The notes beneath the pieces were generated by a model. The model saw only the letters and a list, made by a program, of their open reading frames with translations. It ran no database searches and was not told the DNA's origin. DNA of 64,000 nucleotides from assembly GCA_035512435.1 (NCBI GenBank), contig DATKDX010000047.1, forward strand, positions 137,393 through 201,392. The letters are read 5' to 3'. Position numbers and translations under genes: made by a program. How positions within the stretch are numbered: position 1 is the first letter of the stretch; each line of letters starts with the position of its first letter. Source of the DNA: Dehalococcoidia bacterium (GTDB lineage: Bacteria; Chloroflexota; Dehalococcoidia; SM23-28-2; RBG-16-64-32). This document shows, one piece after another, positions 57,648-64,000 of the stretch.

Positions 57648-57804
57648 ATAGGCGCGACGGGGACGTAAACGGTGCCGTCCGGTCTACCGCCAGACCCTCG
57701 ACGCGAGTCCGGCTGATAGCCGTTGACCGCAGACTGAATTACCACCACCTGCCGCAGCACTAGGCCCTTTATGCTGTTAAAGAGCTCAACTTGCCGGCCG
57801 GGTC

Positions 57805-57833
57805 TTGCGCCCGTCGTCAGAGTGCGCTACAAA
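57805..57833 (+). promoter_or_regulatory. Candidate sigma-70-type promoter of groEL
   Basis: TTGCGC (57805-57810), a 17-nt spacer, then TACAAA (57828-57833), immediately upstream of CIRCE. Confidence 0.5.
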
Positions 57834-57837
57834 TGTC

Positions 57838-57864
57838 TTAGCACTCCGCCCCTGTGAGTGCTAA
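57838..57864 (+). promoter_or_regulatory. CIRCE operator (HrcA binding site)
   Basis: TTAGCACTC-CGCCCCTGT-GAGTGCTAA is a perfect match to the consensus TTAGCACTC-N9-GAGTGCTAA, 87 nt upstream of groEL. Confidence 0.9.
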
Positions 57865-57902
57865 ATGCGATTCCGCAACACACAAAACTGCAGAACGATT
57901 AA

Positions 57903-59570
<1,668 letters not shown>

Positions 59571-59712
59571 GCTTCGCCAAACAGACAAACAATAGAACAA
59601 GCAAACAATGCCGGCGTCATCCACAAGACGGTGACGCGTGAGCGCATCGAACCAGCGCAGCGCCGTTATACTGGAATAGAGGCACAAGCATTTGCACACG
59701 GAGAATGGCGTG

Positions 59713-60135
59713 ATGATTGATCTGGAAGAACTGCGACGAGTCGTCGACAACGCGGACGTGTTTACCATCGGCTTCCGGATGTTCCCGGAGCGCCTGATCA
59801 TCGACACGCGCAGCACGGACGAGACTCCGCCGATGGTGCGCGTCGTGGAGCCGGTGACCAGCGTCGAAGAGCGCTTCTTCTGGCTCGGGCGCGAGCGGCC
59901 GCAGTTCGCCGTTCCGGAGCGCTTCACGTTCTTCGTCTGGCCGCACTCGCTCCGTTACTTCGAGGACTCCGGCCTCGGCGACATGATCCGGCAGCGGGTC
60001 TGTCCTGTCTCGGAAGCCTGCGAAGACGAAGTGCGGCGCAGCATCCACCAGTTGCGCGTCCTCGAACGCAGGGCCGAACACGACGCCATCAGCGGCCGCA
60101 ACTACCAGACCTTGTGGGAACGAAGCGACAACTGA
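59713..60135 (+). CDS. Hypothetical protein
   Basis: The ORF is open from a TTG at 59692. In-frame GTG 59710 and ATG 59713 follow a GGAG at 59699-59702. I recognise no family. A terminator follows. Confidence 0.5.
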   Translation: MIDLEELRRVVDNADVFTIGFRMFPERLIIDTRSTDETPPMVRVVEPVTSVEERFFWLGRERPQFAVPERFTFFVWPHSLRYFEDSGLGDMIRQRVCPVSEACEDEVRRSIHQLRVLERRAEHDAISGRNYQTLWERSDN

Positions 60136-60161
60136 GTTAGGACTGCTCAGTCGCGCTGCTC

Positions 60162-60197
60162 GAGGGCCGTCCGATTTCGGGCGGCCCTCCAATTTTT
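60162..60197 (+). terminator. Intrinsic terminator
   Basis: GAGGGCCGTCCG-ATTT-CGGGCGGCCCTC (12-bp stem with one G-U pair) followed by CAATTTTT. Confidence 0.7.
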
Positions 60198-60259
60198 GTC
60201 AAGGCGGCCGCATCCGCAGTACCATCGCGTCAGCCCAACACGAGCGAAAGGAACTTCGA

Positions 60260-60649
60260 ATGGAACAGCGCCCCGTTAACCCCTGGACCTGGCAGGACAA
60301 CTTCGGCTTCTCGCAGGCCATCGAATTCAGCGGCCACAGCCGCGTCCTCGTCTGCGCCGGCCAGACCTCCGTCGACGAGAACGGTGCGCCCCAGCACACG
60401 GGGGACATGGCTGCTCAGGTCGACCAGGCGATGACGAACCTCGAGGCGGTTCTCGCCAAGGCTGGCATGGACCTGAGCAATATCGTGCGCATGAACCTCT
60501 ACACCACGGACGTCGACAAGTTCATGCAGGGCTTTGCGCCGATCATGCAGCACATGAAGGGCCACCGTCCCGCCAGCACGCTGTTGGGCGTCGCGCGGCT
60601 GGCCTTCCCTGAACTGATGGTCGAGATCGAGGCTACGGCCGTCGCCTAG
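60260..60649 (+). CDS. RidA family protein (YjgF/L-PSP)
   Basis: 129 aa. ..VLVCAGQTSVDENG.. and a C-terminal ..PELMVEIEATAV. Confidence 0.8.
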   Translation: MEQRPVNPWTWQDNFGFSQAIEFSGHSRVLVCAGQTSVDENGAPQHTGDMAAQVDQAMTNLEAVLAKAGMDLSNIVRMNLYTTDVDKFMQGFAPIMQHMKGHRPASTLLGVARLAFPELMVEIEATAVA

Positions 60650-60653
60650 CAGG

Positions 60654-61658
60654 ATGCCCGATCCCTCGGCTGCCGCTAGCGCGCCGCTCAGGACAGGTCT
60701 CTACGGCGCCATCGACCTGGGCGGCACGAACGTCCGCGCCATCGTGGCCGATCTCGATGGCAACATCCGCGGCGATGACAAGCGCCGGTCGCGCGCCGGC
60801 GAGGGCCCTGAGGTCACCATCGGCACGCTCCTCGACTCGCTTGCCCACGCCTGCTCGGACGCGGACGTCGCCCCGTCTACACTGGCCGGGCTCGGCATCG
60901 CGACGCCCGGCTGGGTGGATAGCGAGAAGGGCGTCGTTCCCGCCGCGCCGCAGCTCATCGGCTGGCGCGACGTGCCGATCGTGCGGATGCTCGAAGAACG
61001 CCTCGGTATACCCGTCCGCCTGGAGAACGATGCGAACGCCGCCGCCCTCGGCGAGAACACCTACGGCGCCGGGCGGGGAACGAAGCACATGGTCTACATC
61101 ACGGTTAGTACAGGCATCGGCGCCGGCATCATCGCCGAGGGCCGTCTTTACGGCGGCGCGCGCGGTTCCGCCGGCGAACTGGGGCACACGATTGTCGACC
61201 CGGACGGCCCACCCTGCGGTTGCGGCAACCGCGGCTGCCTGGAGTCGCTGTCGTCGGGCACGGCGATCGCGCGCTCGGCTGCCGAGGCCGCGACGGATGG
61301 CCGGTCGCCGGCGCTGGCGGAAGTCAAACAGCGGGAGGGCCGGATCAGCGCCCGCCTGGTCGCCGAGGCCGCGCGGGCGGGTGACGGGACTGCAATCCGG
61401 ATCTACGAGGAGGCAGGGCACTACCTGGGGATCGCGCTGGCGAACGTGGTCAATCTCCTCAGCCCGGAGGCCATCGTCCTCGGCGGCGGCGTCATGCTGT
61501 CAAAGAACCTATTCCTCGATACGGCTGAGCGGACGATGCGTGAGATGGCGCTGGAGGAGCCGCTGAAGTATGTGAGGCTGGTGGCTGCGGAGCTGGGCGA
61601 CCATGCGGGGTCCCTGGGCATGATCGCGCGGCTGGGCGAGATGGCGGCGCCGCGATGA
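60654..61658 (+). CDS. ROK family protein (sugar kinase-like)
   Basis: 334 aa. ..AIDLGGTNVR.., ..ENDANAAALGE.., and the zinc motif GHTIVDPDGPPCGCGNRGCLE. Confidence 0.85.
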   Translation: MPDPSAAASAPLRTGLYGAIDLGGTNVRAIVADLDGNIRGDDKRRSRAGEGPEVTIGTLLDSLAHACSDADVAPSTLAGLGIATPGWVDSEKGVVPAAPQLIGWRDVPIVRMLEERLGIPVRLENDANAAALGENTYGAGRGTKHMVYITVSTGIGAGIIAEGRLYGGARGSAGELGHTIVDPDGPPCGCGNRGCLESLSSGTAIARSAAEAATDGRSPALAEVKQREGRISARLVAEAARAGDGTAIRIYEEAGHYLGIALANVVNLLSPEAIVLGGGVMLSKNLFLDTAERTMREMALEEPLKYVRLVAAELGDHAGSLGMIARLGEMAAPR

Positions 61659-61710
61659 CCCAGCGGTCGACTGGTTGACCAAAAGCGGGGCTTACTGACA
61701 CTCTTACCGC

Positions 61711-63021
61711 ATGCTTGATATCCGCCTCCTGCGCGAAAACCCGGACCTTGTGCGCCGTTCGTTGGCATTGCGCCATACGGAGGCGCCGCTGGACCAGGCG
61801 CTGGCCACGGACAGCGAGCGGCTGACGGTGCTGCAGGAGGTCGAGGCGCTGAGGGCCGAGAAGAACGCGATTTCGAAGGAGATCGGCGAGCTTTCGCGGG
61901 CGATGAAGCAGGAGGACACGAAGGAAGCCAAGCATGCCGAGCACCGGCGCTCGGACCTCGTGGCTCGCTCCTCGTTCATCGGCGAGCAACTGGACGCACT
62001 TGAGGCGAAGCTGACAGCCCTCGACGAGACCCTGCGAACGGCGCTACTCGAGATTCCGAACATCGTCTCGGACACCGCACCTGAGGGGCCCGACGAGAGC
62101 GGCAACGTCGTGCGCCGCCAATCGGGCGAGCCGGAGCCACTCGGCTTCGAGGCGCAGCCCCACTGGGACCTCGGCGAATCGCTCGGCATCATCGACTTTG
62201 AGCGGGGGGTCAAGCTGGCGGGGTCGCGGTTCTACGTACTGCGCGGGGCCGGCGCCCGGCTGGAGCGCGCTCTCATCAGCTTCATGCTGGACTACCACAC
62301 GGCGCGCGGCTACACAGAGGTCTACCCGCCGGCGATGATCAAGGAGGAGAACCTCTGGTCCGGCGGCTGGCTCCCGAAGTTCGGCGAGAACATGTTCCAC
62401 GACGCCGAGGATGACTATTGGTGGATCCCAACCGCCGAAGTCTCGCTGACGAACATGCACAAGGACGAGATACTGGAGCCGGGCCAGATCCCGATCAACT
62501 ACGTCGCCTATACGCCGTGCTTCCGGCGCGAGAAGTTCTCCGCCGGGCGCGACGTGCGCGGCATCAAGCGGGGCTTCCAGTTCGACAAGGTCGAGGTCTA
62601 TCGGTTTGCCGAGCCCGACAAGTCGTACGAAGCGATCGAGGAGATGACCGCGCAGTGCGCCGGAGTTCTAACGGAGCTGGGGCTGACAAGCCGCATTGTC
62701 GAGCTCTGCACGGGGGACCTCGGCTTCAACGCGGCCAAGACCTACGACATCGAGGTCTGGGCGCCCGGCTCTGACGAATGGCTGGAATGCTCGTCGGTAT
62801 CTAACTGCACTGACTTTCAGGCCCGCCGCGCCAACATTCGCTTCCGCGCCGAGAAAGGCGGGAAGCCGGAGTTCCCCCATACACTCAACGGCTCGGGCCT
62901 CGCTATACCCCGCACGCTGATCGCGGTGCTCGAGAACTACCAGCAGGCCGACGGCAGCATTGTAGTCCCGGAAGCCCTCCACCCCTACATGGGCGAGATC
63001 GAGCGCATCACCGCGGGCTGA
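61711..63021 (+). CDS. serS: Serine--tRNA ligase
   Basis: 436 aa. MLDIRLLRENPD.. coiled-coil arm, then class II motifs (..FRRE.., ..GSGLAIPRTLIAVLENYQ). Confidence 0.95.
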   Translation: MLDIRLLRENPDLVRRSLALRHTEAPLDQALATDSERLTVLQEVEALRAEKNAISKEIGELSRAMKQEDTKEAKHAEHRRSDLVARSSFIGEQLDALEAKLTALDETLRTALLEIPNIVSDTAPEGPDESGNVVRRQSGEPEPLGFEAQPHWDLGESLGIIDFERGVKLAGSRFYVLRGAGARLERALISFMLDYHTARGYTEVYPPAMIKEENLWSGGWLPKFGENMFHDAEDDYWWIPTAEVSLTNMHKDEILEPGQIPINYVAYTPCFRREKFSAGRDVRGIKRGFQFDKVEVYRFAEPDKSYEAIEEMTAQCAGVLTELGLTSRIVELCTGDLGFNAAKTYDIEVWAPGSDEWLECSSVSNCTDFQARRANIRFRAEKGGKPEFPHTLNGSGLAIPRTLIAVLENYQQADGSIVVPEALHPYMGEIERITAG

Positions 63022-63024
63022 GGC

Positions 63025-63234
63025 TCAGTAGCCGTACCCGTAGCCGCCCGGCTCGTAACGAGGTCCGGCTGCACCATCATCGGCGGCGGGAACTTGCGCA
63101 TCCGCCTCGTCCACCTGGACGGCCTCGAGGCTGCCACCTTGCACGACGGCAACGTACGACACCGTGCCCGCCACAACCGCGAGTTACAGCAGGCAGGCCG
63201 CCAGCATGATCAGGAAAGTGCGGTTCGCCATCAT
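63025..63234 (-). pseudogene. Small hydrophobic/Gly-Tyr-rich ORF interrupted by an in-frame TAA
   Basis: MMANRTFLIMLAACLL-TAA-LAVVAGTVSYVAVVQGGSLEAVQVDEADAQVPAADDGAAGPRYEPGGYGYGY. A GAGGG RBS-like sequence lies 6 nt upstream of the first ATG. The stop is at 63184-63186. An in-frame GTG after the stop (63175-63177) could give a product of about 50 aa. Confidence 0.3.
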
Positions 63235-63283
63235 ATACCCTCAGTTAACGACGCCGCAGCAGGCCACCGTTACCCCCGCAGTA

Positions 63284-63312
63284 GAAAAATGCCCGCGCTG
63301 TCCGCGCGGGCA
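63284..63312 (-). terminator. Intrinsic terminator downstream of the repeat-protein gene
   Basis: On the minus strand, AATGCCCGCG-GACAG-CGCGGGCATT (perfect 10-bp stem) is followed by TTTTT. Confidence 0.75.
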
Positions 63313-63335
63313 TTCACTTTCCAAGGTCGTCTGGC

Positions 63336-64000
63336 TTACGGCTGAGCGACTTCCTCTTCCTCGCCGGCCCCCGGTGGCGGGCCCGGTATCCAGTCCGGCG
63401 GGCCGCCCGTGGTCGCGCCTTCCGGCGGACCAGTGTCACCGTCCTCACCGTCGCTGTCAACGTCGTCGCCTGTGCCAGCGTGCGGCGGCGGACCCGGTAC
63501 CCAGTCCGGCGGGCTATCCTGGTTCACGCCTTCCGGCGGACCAGTGTCGCCGTCCTCACCGTCGCTGTCAACGTCGTCGCCTGTGCCAGCGTGCGGCGGC
63601 GGACCCGGTACCCCGTCCGGCGGGCCGCCCGTGGTCACGCCTTCCGGCGGACCCGCATCGTCACCTTCAGTGTCAATCTCCGCGCCATCCTCGGTGCCTG
63701 CCCACGGCGGCGGCCCTGGCAACCAGTCCGGAGGCCCACTGGGGTTCACGCCCTCAGGCGGGCCGGCGTCGTCAGCTTCGTCGCCGTCGTCGGCTCCCGT
63801 GCCACACGCCTTGATTTCGTCGATTGAGGCCTGCACGTCTTCGCCGGCTTCCAGCTCAGCCATGAGTGTCTCAAGGGCATGAGCCGTGGCGGCCTGACAG
63901 TGCTCTGCGCCTTGGCCGGGGTGCTCGTCAAAGGGCGTATCATTTTGCGTGGTTCCCTGCGTGTCGGTTTCCTGTGCGGGCGCAGGACCGGGGCTGCCGG
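63336..64000 (-). CDS. Acidic Pro/Gly-rich protein with four 37-aa tandem repeats (N-terminus outside window)
   Basis: The frame is open to the window edge (..GSPGPAPAQETDTQGTTQNDTPFDEHPGQGAEHCQAATAHALETLMAELEAG..). The C-terminal part carries repeats GPPEGV..GGPPDW.PGPPPHAGTGDDVDSDGEDGDT. Confidence 0.65.
   Translation of the reverse strand, partial: GSPGPAPAQETDTQGTTQNDTPFDEHPGQGAEHCQAATAHALETLMAELEAGEDVQASIDEIKACGTGADDGDEADDAGPPEGVNPSGPPDWLPGPPPWAGTEDGAEIDTEGDDAGPPEGVTTGGPPDGVPGPPPHAGTGDDVDSDGEDGDTGPPEGVNQDSPPDWVPGPPPHAGTGDDVDSDGEDGDTGPPEGATTGGPPDWIPGPPPGAGEEEEVAQP
63340..63790. repeat. 111-bp tandem repeat (about 4 units) within the coding region
   Basis: Unit boundaries recur at 63418, 63529, 63640 and 63751 (CCTTCCGGCGG... 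motif). Units 63418-63528 and 63529-63639 are nearly identical. The outer units are diverged. Confidence 0.85.

Noticed and set aside
59578-59608. A/C-rich CAAACA-type tract after groEL, considered as an sRNA or regulator-binding site.
   Set aside because: It is a single occurrence with no associated structure or promoter. It is noted only within the groEL finding.

Overview
High-GC (about 63-65% by eye), gene-dense bacterial chromosomal segment with about 57 supportable protein-coding genes on both strands. I found no rRNA, tRNA, CRISPR array, integrase or classical transposase. All family calls come from reading the ORF translations and recalling family motifs; no search was run.

Core content:
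- Housekeeping: gatC-gatA, argS, recG, rpmB, rpe, argH, gltB-gltD, serS, a class A PBP with a C-terminal LysM, and a stand-alone groEL behind a perfect CIRCE operator.
- Metabolism and transport: a family-I CoA-transferase (A and B subunits), the F420 genes cofE and npdG, a NitT/TauT-type ABC transporter, two tandem PQQ-dependent dehydrogenases, a TrxR-like ferredoxin-NADP reductase, a bifunctional aldolase/SDR, and TldD/PmbA.

The rpmB / DAK2-DegV-RecG synteny, GatCA, the F420 genes, CIRCE-groEL and lipoproteins with poly-Asp after the lipobox Cys suggest a Terrabacteria organism (Chloroflexota- or Actinobacteria-like). This is inference only.

Accessory and unusual content:
- Three type II TA loci: a BrnA-like antitoxin with a decayed partner, HicBA and VapBC.
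- Two small GIY-YIG nuclease genes, each embedded in copies of a dispersed GC-rich repeat superfamily with a GCTCAGG core. One is bracketed by about 48-bp inverted repeats. The other is fused in frame to a complete RNase HI through a linker made of repeat copies.
- An AT-richer intergenic region with iterated TGATTGA motifs.
- A DUF4097 gene coupled to a minimal class III cyclase gene.
- A dockerin-like module on a PQQ dehydrogenase.
- A protein with four 111-bp (37-aa) tandem repeats.
- At least four genes broken by frameshifts and two ORFs carrying in-frame stops. These are either real pseudogenes or assembly indels.

Most interesting candidate: the association between the GIY-YIG genes and the repeats, which resembles a REPtron, together with the GIY-YIG-RNase HI fusion.
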